Source: Sulfurospirillaceae bacterium
GTDB lineage: Bacteria > Campylobacterota > Campylobacteria > Campylobacterales > Sulfurospirillaceae
NCBI GenBank assembly: GCA_033723415.1
Contig: JAWVXD010000001.1
Coordinates: 1 to 64,000, forward strand
Direction of reading: 5' to 3'
Length of the DNA stretch: 64,000 bases
This document shows positions 28,921-40,236 of the stretch, piece by piece (position 1 is the first letter of the stretch; the number at the start of each line of letters is the position of its first letter). The translations under genes were made by a program, and so were the position numbers. The notes under the pieces are model-generated. The model searched no databases and was not told the DNA's origin. It saw only the letters and a program-made list of their open reading frames with translations.

Positions 28921-29411
28921 TCGAGCTTTTGGTGCTTGATGTTGACGGATGCATGACAAATGGCCAAATAACATATTCAAATTTCGGTGATGAGATCAAG
29001 AGTTTCGATGTTAAAGACGGCTTGGCAATATCCTCTTGGATAAAACTAGGGAAAAAAGCCGCCATCATAACAGGAAGAAATTCTAAGATAGTTAGTAGAA
29101 GAGCAAATGAGTTAGGAATAACATATCTTTATCAGGGCGTTGATAACAAAGAAGCACAACTAAGAGATATATTAAAAAAAGAAAATTTGGAATTTGATCA
29201 GGTTTCAGCTGTAGGAGATGATCTTAATGACAATAAAATGCTCTCATTGGTCGGCTGGTCATTTGCACCCAATAATGCCACTAAACATACTAAAAGCATC
29301 GTAGACACAGTTTTGCATAAAAACGGTGGTGATGGGGCAATTAGAGAAATGATAGATATGATAATAGAGCGTGAAAATTTAACAGAGGATTTCTTAAAAC
29401 TTTGGCTGTAA
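28917..29411 (+). CDS. kdsC: KDO 8-phosphate phosphatase
   Basis: LDVDG, KDG, ITGR, GDDLND, GGDGAIRE. Confidence 0.92.
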   Translation: MIELLVLDVDGCMTNGQITYSNFGDEIKSFDVKDGLAISSWIKLGKKAAIITGRNSKIVSRRANELGITYLYQGVDNKEAQLRDILKKENLEFDQVSAVGDDLNDNKMLSLVGWSFAPNNATKHTKSIVDTVLHKNGGDGAIREMIDMIIERENLTEDFLKLWL

Positions 29412-29926
29412 AATTACTAAAATATTTTTTATTATTGTTTATGATTATAATGGTTTTTTTATTGACAAAAAATCCATATGCTCTTCATTATAAACCTTCA
29501 AAAGGGAAACAGCCTGATATTGAGTTATTTGACGTAAAAAATTATGAAATTTTGACTTCAGGTATAGATAGTATTGTATTTTCAAAGAAAGTTGAAAAAT
29601 ACAATAACTATGATAAGTTTTTCGACATAAATGTATTATACAAGGATAAAATGAATCTTATCGATTCGTTAGTGGCAGATAACGCTCTATTGCAAAATAA
29701 TATTTTGTATTTGAGTAATAACGTAAAATACACAAGAAGTGATGATCTGGCATTAAATACCAATAGTGTTCAATATGATCTGAAACAAAAAATCCTAAGT
29801 GGTGATAAGGTGTTTGAATTTATAAAAAATAATGTAAAAACAACAGGAGATTCATTTACCTACCAGATGCAAAAAGGTATAATTGAGGCTAATAAAGTAA
29901 AATCAACGATAAGGATGGAAAAATAA
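29402..29926 (+). CDS. lptC: LptC-like LPS export protein
   Basis: N-terminal TM plus beta-rich domain between kdsC and lptA. Confidence 0.7.
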   Translation: MAVKLLKYFLLLFMIIMVFLLTKNPYALHYKPSKGKQPDIELFDVKNYEILTSGIDSIVFSKKVEKYNNYDKFFDINVLYKDKMNLIDSLVADNALLQNNILYLSNNVKYTRSDDLALNTNSVQYDLKQKILSGDKVFEFIKNNVKTTGDSFTYQMQKGIIEANKVKSTIRMEK

Positions 29927-30385
29927 TTGAAATATTTAATTTATTTTTTTATATTGACACTATTAAGTGCAAGTGAAGTTCAAATAACAGCAGATAAATT
30001 TATGGCAAATGAAGCTAAATTCGTATCAGTTTTTACAGGTCATGTACATGTGACTAAAGGTAGTGATAATTTAAAGGCAGATAAAATTGTTATAGACTTT
30101 GATAAAAACAAAAAACCAACAAAATATACAGCAACAGGAAATGCAGAAGCGAATATGACAATAAACAAAAAAAAGTATTTTGCCAGTGGAGAGACTTTGA
30201 TATATGAACCAAATCTCTCTAGATATACAATTAAGAAGAATGCTTTTTTACATGAGCTAGATACAGACAAAAAAGTTTATGGAGAAGTTATATACGTTGA
30301 TCAGGCAAAAGGCTACTATGAAGTAGAAAGTAAGAAAAATGAGCCTGTAAAATTTATCTTCAAAATAGAGGATAAGAAAAATTGA
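29927..30385 (+). CDS. lptA: LPS transport periplasmic protein
   Basis: Signal peptide, ITAD, FTGHV, ATGN OstA-like motifs. Confidence 0.85.
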   Translation: MKYLIYFFILTLLSASEVQITADKFMANEAKFVSVFTGHVHVTKGSDNLKADKIVIDFDKNKKPTKYTATGNAEANMTINKKKYFASGETLIYEPNLSRYTIKKNAFLHELDTDKKVYGEVIYVDQAKGYYEVESKKNEPVKFIFKIEDKKN

Positions 30386-30990
30386 TACAAGTAGTTGAGG
30401 CAAATTTTGCAACTTCTGCACAAGGAGTCGATGATTCACTACCTGATGGAGTCAGTGAAGTTGTTTTTCTTGGAAGAAGTAATGTCGGCAAAAGCTCTAT
30501 AATAAATGCTTTAGCGAACAAAAAAGGTTTGGCAAAGAGTTCTTCCACTCCAGGTAAGACCAGATTGATCAATTTCTTTGAAATAAAGTTTATGAAAGAT
30601 AAAGAAGTATTTATAGGAAGGTTTGTGGATTTGCCAGGATTTGGGTACGCTAAAGTATCAAAATCTATGAAAAACGAATGGCAAAAAAATCTAACGAATT
30701 TTTTGAAAGCCAGAAGTTCCATCAGGGTCTTTGTTCAACTTATAGATTCAAGACATCCTCATTTGGAAATAGACAAAGATGTTAATGATTATGTCAAGAC
30801 TCTTTTGAGACCAGATCAAGAGATAATTCAGATATTTACTAAATCTGATAAATTAAACCAAAAAGAAAAAAGTGCATTAAAAAGAGAATTTCCAGGGGCT
30901 TTATTGGTCTCAAGCAGCAATAAAAGCGGCATAAATATAGCATTGGAAAAGATTTTTAATTCTATCTTTGAAGCAAAGGAAATATTGTGA
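30382..30990 (+). CDS. engB: Ribosome biogenesis GTPase YihA/YsxC
   Basis: GRSNVGKSS, PGKT, DLPGFG, TKSDK. Confidence 0.95.
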   Translation: MIQVVEANFATSAQGVDDSLPDGVSEVVFLGRSNVGKSSIINALANKKGLAKSSSTPGKTRLINFFEIKFMKDKEVFIGRFVDLPGFGYAKVSKSMKNEWQKNLTNFLKARSSIRVFVQLIDSRHPHLEIDKDVNDYVKTLLRPDQEIIQIFTKSDKLNQKEKSALKREFPGALLVSSSNKSGINIALEKIFNSIFEAKEIL

Positions 30991-31445
30991 TAACGTATAC
31001 AAAAGGGACTTTGCAAGATATAAATAGTATGCAAGAATTGGTTGCTCCGGAAGTAAAAAGCGGTATTATTTTGGAGAGAAACAATGATGAGATAGCAACA
31101 AATATCAGGTCATATATACTGGCTAAAGAAGATGGACGACTTTTGGGTTTTGGAGCACTGCATTTTCACACGAATGAACTCGGAGAGGTCAGAAGTCTTA
31201 TAGTCTCAAGTGATGCAAGAGGAAAAGGAATAGGCAAAAATATAGTCAAACAGATTTTAGAAGAAGCCAAATTATTGGGAGCAAAAAAAATATTTGCCCT
31301 TACATACAAAAAAAGTTTTTTTGAAGGCCTTGGTTTTGTTGAAATTCCAAAAGAAGATTTGCCTGCAAGCAAGATTTGGACTGATTGTATAAAATGTAAA
31401 TTTTTTCCTATATGTGATGAGATAGCTCTGATACAAAATATATGA
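30987..31445 (+). CDS. GNAT N-acetyltransferase (short ArgA-like)
   Basis: EVRSL, RGKGIG, ALTY, KIWTDCIKC...CDE. Confidence 0.85.
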   Translation: MITYTKGTLQDINSMQELVAPEVKSGIILERNNDEIATNIRSYILAKEDGRLLGFGALHFHTNELGEVRSLIVSSDARGKGIGKNIVKQILEEAKLLGAKKIFALTYKKSFFEGLGFVEIPKEDLPASKIWTDCIKCKFFPICDEIALIQNI

Positions 31446-31909
31446 ATTCTAAAGAACAAAAGCTTGATATAAAAATTTTAATTTTTGCCGTAATATTAGT
31501 GTTTGTTCAGATTTTATCTAGTATGTTCCAGTTCTTTCCAACGTTTGTCGGAGTTTTTTTTTGCTACATACTCCTAAATATAGAGAAAAAAGAAAAATTT
31601 ATATTTATAGTACTTAGTTTTTTATATCTCAGTTTTTATGAACTGAACAAGGGCTTTTTCTTATTTTCATATATCATTTTGTTTATAATATTTTACTACG
31701 TCTTTTCAGAGAAAATAAGAAGCTATTTTACTTGTAAAAATTGTGTGATCTTTATATATGTGTTTGTTGCCTATATTGGACACTTTTTTTTAAATGAGCT
31801 TATTTCTTATATTTTACATCAACAATCTCCTAATTTTTCACTTGAGTATTTATACTATATAGGATTTGATTTTATTATAGGAACTGTTCTATTTAGGTCT
31901 GCTGTATGA
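31442..31909 (+). CDS. Integral membrane protein (MreD-like position)
   Basis: Fully hydrophobic 155 aa directly before mrdA. Confidence 0.65.
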   Translation: MNSKEQKLDIKILIFAVILVFVQILSSMFQFFPTFVGVFFCYILLNIEKKEKFIFIVLSFLYLSFYELNKGFFLFSYIILFIIFYYVFSEKIRSYFTCKNCVIFIYVFVAYIGHFFLNELISYILHQQSPNFSLEYLYYIGFDFIIGTVLFRSAV

Positions 31910-33705
31910 AAATCAAGATAATACTCAGCATTTTTGTGGTGATTTGGATAATTATATTGGCCAGAGTATATTATGTTAGTATAAAATCATATGAGTATTA
32001 TGAAGAATTGGCATTGCAAAATGCTGTCAAAACTGAGGATTTGATCCCTCTTAGAGGCTCAATCTTAGATATCCACGGTAAGCCTTTGTCCGTAAATAAA
32101 TTGGGATTTTCTGTAGGTATAGCACCAGGGCTTAGCTCTTCTAAGAAGATAAAAAAGCTTGATAAAGAGTTAAAATTTTTAAAATCGACTTTGCCTTCAA
32201 TTGACATAGAAAAACTAAAAAAAACTTATCTAAAAAAAGACTCCCCTTATTCTCATGATTTTGTAAAAGTCATAGATTTTATAGCATATGATGACATTAT
32301 AAAGAGTTTTACCAAAATATCTTTACATAAGAATTTGAAGATTGCGATTTCGTCAAAAAGATACTATCCATATAGTGATTTGGCTTCTCATGTTATAGGA
32401 TATGTCGGTAAGTCAAATTTAAAAGAGATGGAGCATGACAAGATTGCAAAATTGACTGAATATGTTGGTAAAACCGGAATAGAAAAATATTATAATAAGG
32501 CATTAGAAGGAAATGCAGGTATTAAAAAAACAAATGTTACGGCATTTAATGTAGAACTTGACGTATTGGAGAAAAAATTACCGACCAGCCAAAATGTAAG
32601 ATTGACATTGGATATAGGTTTACAAAAGTATATATCTGATCTTTTTAAAGGCAAAAGCGGCGCTTTGGTAGTAATGAATGCAAAAAATGGCAAAATACTG
32701 GCAGCAGGTAGTTTCCCGGAGTATAATTTAAATAATTTCGTAAGCGGAATTTCAGAGCAGGAATGGCTAGATTTATCAAGCGATTTTAATCATCCTTTTA
32801 CAAATAAACTAATAAGCGGACTTTATCCACCAGGTTCAACTATAAAGATGGGTGTTGCACTTTCATTTTTAGAATCAGGGCTGATAACTGCAAAAAGTAC
32901 GATTTTTGATACAGGCAGCGTAGAGCTTGGAAACAGAAAGTTTAGAGACTGGAAGAAAAACGGGCATGGGACGGTTGATCTTCGAAAAGCCATCAAAGAA
33001 AGTTGTGATACCTATTTTTATGACGGTAGTTTAAAGGTAGGTATTGATAGGATAACCCCTGTTTTAGAAAGACTTGGATTTGGGAAAAAAACCGGCATTG
33101 ATCTTCCAAATGAGTTTGTTGGCACAGTACCTGGTCGAGCTTGGAAAATGAATAAATATCAAAAGCCTTGGTATCAAGGCGAAACTTTGATTACTTCTAT
33201 AGGTCAGGGATATTTTTTGGTGACTCCAATGCAGATTGCTAGATATACGGCCTTGATCGCTACAGGATATGGGATAACGCCACATTTTGTAGATAGTATA
33301 GGCGGTTTAAATATTGTATATGGACAAGATCATACTATTATGAGCCATAGAGACAAAAGATATCTGAGAGACATAAGAGAAGGTATGTATGAAGTGGCAA
33401 ACGTTGCACATGGAACAGCCTTTTATCATATCCACACCAAATTCAAAATAGCTGCTAAAACAGGAACTGCACAAGTTGTCGGCATACCACAAAGTGAGAA
33501 AAAAAGGATGAAAGAAAATGAGCTGGAATATTACCACAGATCACATGCCTGGCTTACAACATATGGACCATATAAGGATCCGCAATATGTTGTGACGGCT
33601 ATTGTCGAGCATGGTGGACACGGCGGCTCTGCCGCAGGTGCGATCGTTTCTAAGATCTACAATAAACTCTTGGAATTAAAATATATCAAACTCAAAAAAC
33701 ATTGA
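31906..33705 (+). CDS. mrdA: Penicillin-binding protein 2
   Basis: RGSI, RYYP, GKTGIE, STIK (SxxK), SCD, KTG. Confidence 0.94.
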   Translation: MKIKIILSIFVVIWIIILARVYYVSIKSYEYYEELALQNAVKTEDLIPLRGSILDIHGKPLSVNKLGFSVGIAPGLSSSKKIKKLDKELKFLKSTLPSIDIEKLKKTYLKKDSPYSHDFVKVIDFIAYDDIIKSFTKISLHKNLKIAISSKRYYPYSDLASHVIGYVGKSNLKEMEHDKIAKLTEYVGKTGIEKYYNKALEGNAGIKKTNVTAFNVELDVLEKKLPTSQNVRLTLDIGLQKYISDLFKGKSGALVVMNAKNGKILAAGSFPEYNLNNFVSGISEQEWLDLSSDFNHPFTNKLISGLYPPGSTIKMGVALSFLESGLITAKSTIFDTGSVELGNRKFRDWKKNGHGTVDLRKAIKESCDTYFYDGSLKVGIDRITPVLERLGFGKKTGIDLPNEFVGTVPGRAWKMNKYQKPWYQGETLITSIGQGYFLVTPMQIARYTALIATGYGITPHFVDSIGGLNIVYGQDHTIMSHRDKRYLRDIREGMYEVANVAHGTAFYHIHTKFKIAAKTGTAQVVGIPQSEKKRMKENELEYYHRSHAWLTTYGPYKDPQYVVTAIVEHGGHGGSAAGAIVSKIYNKLLELKYIKLKKH

Positions 33706-34636
33706 ATGAGTTCGCTATCATCAATAGCAGTACACTCAATAACAATATTCCCGAAGACTTGTTATAAAATTTATTTGCAGAGATAAAGACTAAAAGAGTA
33801 GCGGATACAAAAACACACAATATATCAAATCCATTTTTAAATAAATTTATATGTAATGGATTAACTATAGAAGCCGTTCCTAGAACAACGGCAAAATTTG
33901 CAACATTACTTCCGATGATATTACCTATAGCCATATCTATATTTTTCTTTTTTACAGCCAGTATACTTACAACAAGCTCAGGTAAACTTGTGCCAAGCGC
34001 TATGAGCAACAAACCTATGACCCACTCGCTGGTTCCTAAGTCTCTTGCTATTTGAGAAGCTGAGGATATAGTATATTTTGCACCTACTATTATGAAAAAA
34101 AATCCTGCTATCAAAAGAACAATAGTCTTGCCCCAGGCAAATTTTTCTTTTACAATGTCAGTGTCAATTACACTTTTAAACGTTGCCGAATCGGCTTTTA
34201 AGAAAAATAGATAAGCAACCATCATAAGCAATAAAATAATGCCGTCAAATCTGCTTATAATACCGTCATATGAAACAAGTAAAAAATATATCGGAGGTAT
34301 TAATATCCAAGCACTGTCGTATCTAAAGATGTCTCTTTTCGGCATGATGTCTTTTGATATAAAAAAGATAATTCCTAATATCAAAGAAATATTTATCGTA
34401 TTGCTTCCTAAAACATTGGATATGGCCAAATCTGATTTGTGTTGTAAACTTGCCGTTACCGAAGCAGCCATTTCAGGTAGGCTGGTACCAAGACCTATAA
34501 GCGTAGCGCCAATTACAAAAGAGGATATATTGAAGTGTAGAGCTATTTTCTCAGATTGTATTATTATGTGATTAGCTCCATATATAAGAGATGTCATAGA
34601 TAATATAAAAATCAAATATTCTATATAGTGGATCAT
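33692..34636 (-). CDS. Calcium/sodium antiporter (YrbG family)
   Basis: Two GTSLPE alpha repeats and GSN motifs. Confidence 0.92.
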   Translation of the reverse strand: MIHYIEYLIFILSMTSLIYGANHIIIQSEKIALHFNISSFVIGATLIGLGTSLPEMAASVTASLQHKSDLAISNVLGSNTINISLILGIIFFISKDIMPKRDIFRYDSAWILIPPIYFLLVSYDGIISRFDGIILLLMMVAYLFFLKADSATFKSVIDTDIVKEKFAWGKTIVLLIAGFFFIIVGAKYTISSASQIARDLGTSEWVIGLLLIALGTSLPELVVSILAVKKKNIDMAIGNIIGSNVANFAVVLGTASIVNPLHINLFKNGFDILCVFVSATLLVFISANKFYNKSSGILLLSVLLLMIANSFNVF

Positions 34637-35052
34637 CCTTCGACTCTTACTATTAAACTTTTTGGCAAGTTAAATTTTTTTATGGTCTCTTCTTCCATTG
34701 CTCTCATTTCACCGTTATCATTGTCATGATCATATCCTAAAAGGTGTAACAGTCCGTGAATAAAAAGTAATGCTACTTCTTCTTTTTGGGAGTGAGCAGA
34801 TTCAATACAGGCTTCATAAACTTTTTTTTCATTTATGACTATACTTCCAAGAGGTACGTGAGGCATCTGTTCTAGGGGGAAACTAAGTACGTCAGTGCTT
34901 TTATCTATCCCTCTGGTTTGTTTGTTTAGATTTTTCATCTCATCGTCGTTTATAATCGCAAGTTCTATCTCTTTGTCTGTAAAATTTTCAGCGATTTTAT
35001 TGAGTAGATCGATATCAATTTCACATTTTGTATCGTTGTCTATGGAAACCAT
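34633..35052 (-). CDS. ybeY: rRNA maturation endoribonuclease
   Basis: [17 protein letters not shown]. Confidence 0.95.
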   Translation of the reverse strand: MVSIDNDTKCEIDIDLLNKIAENFTDKEIELAIINDDEMKNLNKQTRGIDKSTDVLSFPLEQMPHVPLGSIVINEKKVYEACIESAHSQKEEVALLFIHGLLHLLGYDHDNDNGEMRAMEEETIKKFNLPKSLIVRVEG

Positions 35053-36047
35053 TAAAAAAGACCTCCCGTTTTTATTTTACTACTTCTAAATATATCATGA
35101 TAGTCTTTGATATTTCCAAAAACCAATGCATATCTATATGTTTCTTTTAGCTTTTCTTCTAACTCGCTCTTTGTTGTGAAGAGATAGATGTTTTTATAAC
35201 TTTTAAAATAATTGCTATATCTTTTAGGTGCACAAACGATAGTATCGTTTGTAAAATTATGAAGATATCTCATCTCAAGATCAATATAGTCTATATTTTT
35301 CTCAAAGATCACTGCTTTTGTTGCTTGTCCAAACTCTTTTTTGTTTAATTTACTATCGGTAAAAACCGGCACAAAATGTTTTGACATAGATGCTGAGTGA
35401 AAATCACCGAGAATTTTGTTTTCTTTGGCAAATTCGACTACTTTACAAAAATATTTTATAAAAATATTTGGTATTTTAATATCTTGATAAAATATTTCAT
35501 CATAAACAAAAGATGAGTAAAAAGGACTTTTTGGTTTAAAAGATTGTATTGAAGAGATATCCTTTATAGTATCACAAACAGGATCTATACTGTGTGCCAG
35601 TCTTTCATCACTACAAGTATACTTTACATTTTCGCCGTTTTTAGTGATGATAAGCAATGTCTTATAAACGTTAGGAAGAAGTTTCTCGTATGTCTTGTGT
35701 TTGATTATACTGTGAAAAATCTCTTCAGATATATCATCCAAGAAAAGAAGAGAACAATTTTTTCGACTAAACTCATAACGTGATAATTTTATACAGGCAA
35801 GTCTAAGAGAATCGACTTCAATCCATGCAATTTCATTGTCGGTAATATTTGTTATGTTCTCAGATACTATAGCATAAGCACCGTTTTCTATAGCTGTTTT
35901 TTGATTTTGCGTGGAATTGTTTACATCCAAAAACAAATCACCTCGTTCTATATTGTCAGGATTTATTCTAAAATAGTTTATATAATCAACTGATGGGAAA
36001 TTTTGCAATTTCCCATCTATAATCTTAGTAATATCTTCTATTCTCAT
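35052..36047 (-). CDS. Conserved hypothetical protein with Mur-ligase-like N-terminus
   Basis: GDLF...[10 protein letters not shown] resembles the MurE/F N-domain; no ATP-binding loop seen. Confidence 0.7.
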   Translation of the reverse strand: MRIEDITKIIDGKLQNFPSVDYINYFRINPDNIERGDLFLDVNNSTQNQKTAIENGAYAIVSENITNITDNEIAWIEVDSLRLACIKLSRYEFSRKNCSLLFLDDISEEIFHSIIKHKTYEKLLPNVYKTLLIITKNGENVKYTCSDERLAHSIDPVCDTIKDISSIQSFKPKSPFYSSFVYDEIFYQDIKIPNIFIKYFCKVVEFAKENKILGDFHSASMSKHFVPVFTDSKLNKKEFGQATKAVIFEKNIDYIDLEMRYLHNFTNDTIVCAPKRYSNYFKSYKNIYLFTTKSELEEKLKETYRYALVFGNIKDYHDIFRSSKIKTGGLF

Positions 36048-37966
36048 CCAATATTAGAACCGTTTGATTTTTTACTCTCTGGTCTCATCAGTGATAAGCC
36101 GTCTTTGTCTTTGGCTGCCAGAAGCATACCTTCACTCATCAATCCCATGATTTTCGCAGGTTTTAGGTTAGCTACTAAGGCTATTTGAGTATTTATAAGT
36201 GACTCAGGACTATAATACTCCTTTATTCCTGCTATGACTTGTCTAGGTTTCTCTTCGCCTATGTCAACCTGCAATTTTAGAAGTTTGTTACTTTGTGGGA
36301 CTTCCTCGGCCTCTAAAATAGTACCGATTTTTAGCTTTGTCTCAAAAAACTGATCTATAGTGATAATAGATGCTTCTTGTTTGTCTACTTTGGCTGTTTG
36401 TTCAACTTTTGTACTAGGTTCAGGAGCAGCCAAAAGTTCAGTCTCGACTTTTGGGAACAGCGGAGGAACTTTCTCTATCTTAAAATTATCCAACAATGCA
36501 TTGTCTTCGATAAATTTTACATAAGAAGAGTGATTGATCTCAAAGTTTAAAGCTTTTGCAATTTTCTCTGTAGTTCTAGGCATAACTGGGTGTAAGAGAA
36601 TAGAAACTTTTGCTAATATATTTGCTACAGTCGCAACCGTTGCCAGTGCAAAATCAACATTTCCTTCCTTCATCTTTACCCAAGGCTCATAAATTGTTAT
36701 AGATTGATTTGCTATTGTGAGTGCTTTCCATAGCTCTTCTAAAAATCTGTTCGTTTGTAGATCTCCAAGCACATTCTCGGCATTTCTTATAATCTCCACA
36801 GCACTTGATATCTCTTTGTCATGATATTTTAAAACATCTGAAGAAGAGATCTTAAAATCACTGTACTTGCCGCTCATTCCTATAATTCTATTTAGAAGAT
36901 TTCCTAGTTCATTGCTCAGATCGGAGTTGATCCTGTCTATGAGAGCTTTTTGTGAAAAATCTCCGTCTTGTCCAAAAGGTACTTCTCTAAGCATAAAATA
37001 TCTAAAGTTCTCTAATCCGTAAGCATCGGCTACTTCTTTTGGATTTACGACATTTCCTTTTGACTTGCTCATCTTCTCACCATTTCTAGTCCACCAGCCG
37101 TGAGCTGCAACATGTTTTGGCAGAGGTAGTCCCAAACTCATCAAAAATGCCGGCCAGTAAATTGCGTGAAAACGCAATATGTCTTTTCCGACCAATTGGA
37201 CCGTAGCAGGCCAAAAATCCATATTTTTTTGATCGCTTCCGTATCCAAGAGCAGTTATATAGTTTAAAAGTGCATCAAGCCATACATACATGACATGCTT
37301 TGGATCATCCATCTCAGGCGGTAACTTTACTCCCCAATCAAAGCTTGTTCTAGTAATCGAAAGATCTCTTAGACCCTGTTTGACAAAACTAATGACTTCG
37401 CTTTTTTTACCCTTTGGCAGTACACATTTTTCATCATCTTCGTACCATTTTAAAAGCTTCTCTTGGTAGTTTGAAAGCCTGAAAAAGTAACTATCTTCTT
37501 TTACTATTATCGTTTCTTTCCCACAATCAGGGCATAGATTTTCATCTATAAGCTGTGTGTCAGTAAAAAATGTTTCGCAGCTTACGCAGTAATGACCTTC
37601 ATATTGACCTTTGTAAATATCTCCATTGTCAAACATAGTCTTAAAAGCTTTTTGCACGCCGATTTTATGCTCGGTATCCGTAGTCCTTATAAACTTATCG
37701 TAACTGATTTCAAATTCATCCCAAAGATTTTTAAATTTTCCACTGATCTCATCGGCATAATCTTGTGGAGTTCTATTTCGTATTCGTGCTGCTTCTTCTA
37801 TCTTTTGCCCATGTTCATCCGTTCCGGTCAAGAAAAAGGTTTCATAACCTTTTAGTCTATAGTATCTAGCCATTGTATCGGCTATGATAGTAGTATAAGC
37901 ATGACCGATATGTGGCACATCGTTGACATAATATATCGGTGTAGTAACGTATGCTTTTTTATTCAT
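36044..37966 (-). CDS. metG: Methionine--tRNA ligase
   Basis: HIGH, KMSKS, Zn knuckle, C-terminal tRNA-binding OB domain. Confidence 0.97.
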   Translation of the reverse strand: MNKKAYVTTPIYYVNDVPHIGHAYTTIIADTMARYYRLKGYETFFLTGTDEHGQKIEEAARIRNRTPQDYADEISGKFKNLWDEFEISYDKFIRTTDTEHKIGVQKAFKTMFDNGDIYKGQYEGHYCVSCETFFTDTQLIDENLCPDCGKETIIVKEDSYFFRLSNYQEKLLKWYEDDEKCVLPKGKKSEVISFVKQGLRDLSITRTSFDWGVKLPPEMDDPKHVMYVWLDALLNYITALGYGSDQKNMDFWPATVQLVGKDILRFHAIYWPAFLMSLGLPLPKHVAAHGWWTRNGEKMSKSKGNVVNPKEVADAYGLENFRYFMLREVPFGQDGDFSQKALIDRINSDLSNELGNLLNRIIGMSGKYSDFKISSSDVLKYHDKEISSAVEIIRNAENVLGDLQTNRFLEELWKALTIANQSITIYEPWVKMKEGNVDFALATVATVANILAKVSILLHPVMPRTTEKIAKALNFEINHSSYVKFIEDNALLDNFKIEKVPPLFPKVETELLAAPEPSTKVEQTAKVDKQEASIITIDQFFETKLKIGTILEAEEVPQSNKLLKLQVDIGEEKPRQVIAGIKEYYSPESLINTQIALVANLKPAKIMGLMSEGMLLAAKDKDGLSLMRPESKKSNGSNIG

Positions 37967-38043
37967 CTAAATTTTCCTTTCTTAAGCTAAACAAGTTTAA
38001 TAATCACAGCAAAACTTCACAGATTTGGCGGTGACATGTTATT

Positions 38044-38238
38044 TTAAAATTCAAAACCGCCGGTTTCACCTTTGGACATACTGTTATAAACGGCAGCTAC
38101 ATATGATTTTCTAATCTCACAATCAAATAACTTTTCACAATCCATACAACTTTTCATATTTAAACTTTCATGACAATCTTCCAAAGCTTTTTTTGCAATG
38201 TCAAGTTCTTGGTCATATATGCTTTTTTCTTCACTCAT
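38044..38238 (-). CDS. Small Cys-rich conserved hypothetical protein
   Basis: [24 protein letters not shown], typical between fbp and metG in Campylobacterota. Confidence 0.8.
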   Translation of the reverse strand: MSEEKSIYDQELDIAKKALEDCHESLNMKSCMDCEKLFDCEIRKSYVAAVYNSMSKGETGGFEF

Positions 38239-39070
38239 AGTATTTGATCACCTTAGAGATCTCATCTTTTGAACCAAAAAAGCATGGTGTAGTGTCATGT
38301 GGATGTGATGGTACAAGATCCAAAATTCTTTTTCCGTTTTCATCTATCGCTCTACCACCGGCTTTTTCAAATACAAAGGCAAAAGGAAAAACTTCAAATA
38401 TCATCCTGAGTTTTCCTTTTGGGGTATCTGTCGTGCCTGGATATGAAAACAATCCGCCGCCTTTTAAAAGTATTTGGTGAAGGTCAGGTACCATGCCTCC
38501 TGAATATCTCAGTCTATAACCATCTTGAAAAATATCGTCTATAAGTTTTTTGTGATGCTTCGGCCATCCTTTTTGAGTGCCGCCTGAGGCATTTAGTTTG
38601 CCTTTTTCTTTTAGTTTAATATCATGCATATATACGAATTCATTATTTTTATTTAATCTATACATCTTTACGTCGCTATCAGCAATAACAAGTTCAACTC
38701 TAGGACCGTATACAACATAAACTGCCGCTTTAAGATCTGCACCGTTGTAGCCGTTTTCATAAATACCAAAAATAGATCCAACGCTTAGATTTACATCGAT
38801 TAAGCTGGAACCGTCAAGTGGATCATAACCTACAGTATAAATTCCATCACTGTGAAGTAGTGTTTTATCTTCTTTTTCTTCGCTGATAATCTCTTTGATG
38901 CAAGAAATTTTTTGAAATTCATCTTCTATGACAAGATCACTTTTGATATCTATTTTGAGTTGTGTATCACCGGTACTGTTTGTGGATGTAGAGTATCCCG
39001 TATCATCAAATTCTATTAGTTCTCTAATTCTTATAGCTGATCTTTTAATAGCTTCGTATATTTCTTGCAT
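38231..39070 (-). CDS. fbp: Class 1 fructose-1,6-bisphosphatase
   Basis: [25 protein letters not shown]. Confidence 0.95.
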   Translation of the reverse strand: MQEIYEAIKRSAIRIRELIEFDDTGYSTSTNSTGDTQLKIDIKSDLVIEDEFQKISCIKEIISEEKEDKTLLHSDGIYTVGYDPLDGSSLIDVNLSVGSIFGIYENGYNGADLKAAVYVVYGPRVELVIADSDVKMYRLNKNNEFVYMHDIKLKEKGKLNASGGTQKGWPKHHKKLIDDIFQDGYRLRYSGGMVPDLHQILLKGGGLFSYPGTTDTPKGKLRMIFEVFPFAFVFEKAGGRAIDENGKRILDLVPSHPHDTTPCFFGSKDEISKVIKYYE

Positions 39071-39080
39071 TTCTTGACCT

Positions 39081-39578
39081 TTATTTTACTTTTTTTGCAT
39101 TTTCAAGAATCCATTCTATGATTGGATCTATATCGTTTAGATCAAAAATTTTAATATCTTTTGGCACGTCATAATCATTTAGATCAATGCTGTCATCAAT
39201 AGCAATTGCATTTGAATATTTAAAATAGCTTTCATCTAGTTTATTTCTAAAGATAGATATTCTAGGCAGAGGCAGAGTCTTCAGTCCTTCTACCATCAGA
39301 AGATCAAATTCTCCTATAGTTCTTATTATCTCATTCAGGTCTTTCCTTTTTTGAGAAAAAAAGGTAGTTCTGGTAGGAGAAACAACTAAAACTTCTGCAC
39401 CTGTTTGTGCAAATTTCCAACTATCTTTTCCTTCTTGGTCAAAGGTAGCTTTATCTGATGGATCATGTTTTACTATTGCGATCTGGTGCGATTCTTTTAA
39501 TTTATTTGATATTTTCACTATAAGTGAAGTTTTCCCACTGTCCGATGGACCGCTAAAGGCTATTGCTAAGTATTGCAT
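39081..39578 (-). CDS. mobB: Molybdopterin-guanine dinucleotide biosynthesis protein B
   Basis: [20 protein letters not shown]. Confidence 0.92.
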   Translation of the reverse strand: MQYLAIAFSGPSDSGKTSLIVKISNKLKESHQIAIVKHDPSDKATFDQEGKDSWKFAQTGAEVLVVSPTRTTFFSQKRKDLNEIIRTIGEFDLLMVEGLKTLPLPRISIFRNKLDESYFKYSNAIAIDDSIDLNDYDVPKDIKIFDLNDIDPIIEWILENAKKVK

Positions 39579-39738
39579 TTGTCATCTTTATTAATTGATT
39601 TATATTTTTATCTATTTATAAAATATGAGCGATTATATCGAAAATATCTTTAGCTTTTAATGAGTTTGTTACATAAAAAAGTTTATAATCCACAAAAGAG
39701 ACTTGACGAATGAGTCTGTTATACATAATGGAGTTTAC

Positions 39739-40236
39739 ATGAAATATATTTTTTTTATAATTGCCGGCATAATATTTTTGAACGGATGCTCTTATAAACA
39801 TGACAATTTGTATATTGGATCTAAAAAAACTACGGAGCAAGCAGTTGCAAATACAAAAAAAGTTCAGATATTAAAAGACAAAAAACCTATTATTTTCGCC
39901 ACTATTACATATCTTGATTCTATTAAAAACAAAAAATTTGTAGACAAGAATATGGAACAATTTGTTATAGGATTTCATTTTAGAAATTCCGGAACAAAAT
40001 CAAAAAACAATCTTGACTTGAAAGATGTAAATTTCCAAATTGACGGTAAAACGGAAGGAATAAGCGTAATAAAACTAAATTCTGACAGCCCTATATTAAA
40101 GATAATTCCTGCATCAACTCCTTGGAGTCAGTACTTTTTCGTACAAACTTCAAGGATTCCTAAAAATATCATAAAATTCAGTTTTCAAATTCATCCCTAC
40201 GCTTGGGAGTCATTAGATTTTGAGAAAGACTTTTAA
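39739..40236 (+). CDS. Hypothetical lipoprotein
   Basis: MKYIFFIIAGIIFLNGC lipobox; RBS GGAG. Confidence 0.75.
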   Translation: MKYIFFIIAGIIFLNGCSYKHDNLYIGSKKTTEQAVANTKKVQILKDKKPIIFATITYLDSIKNKKFVDKNMEQFVIGFHFRNSGTKSKNNLDLKDVNFQIDGKTEGISVIKLNSDSPILKIIPASTPWSQYFFVQTSRIPKNIIKFSFQIHPYAWESLDFEKDF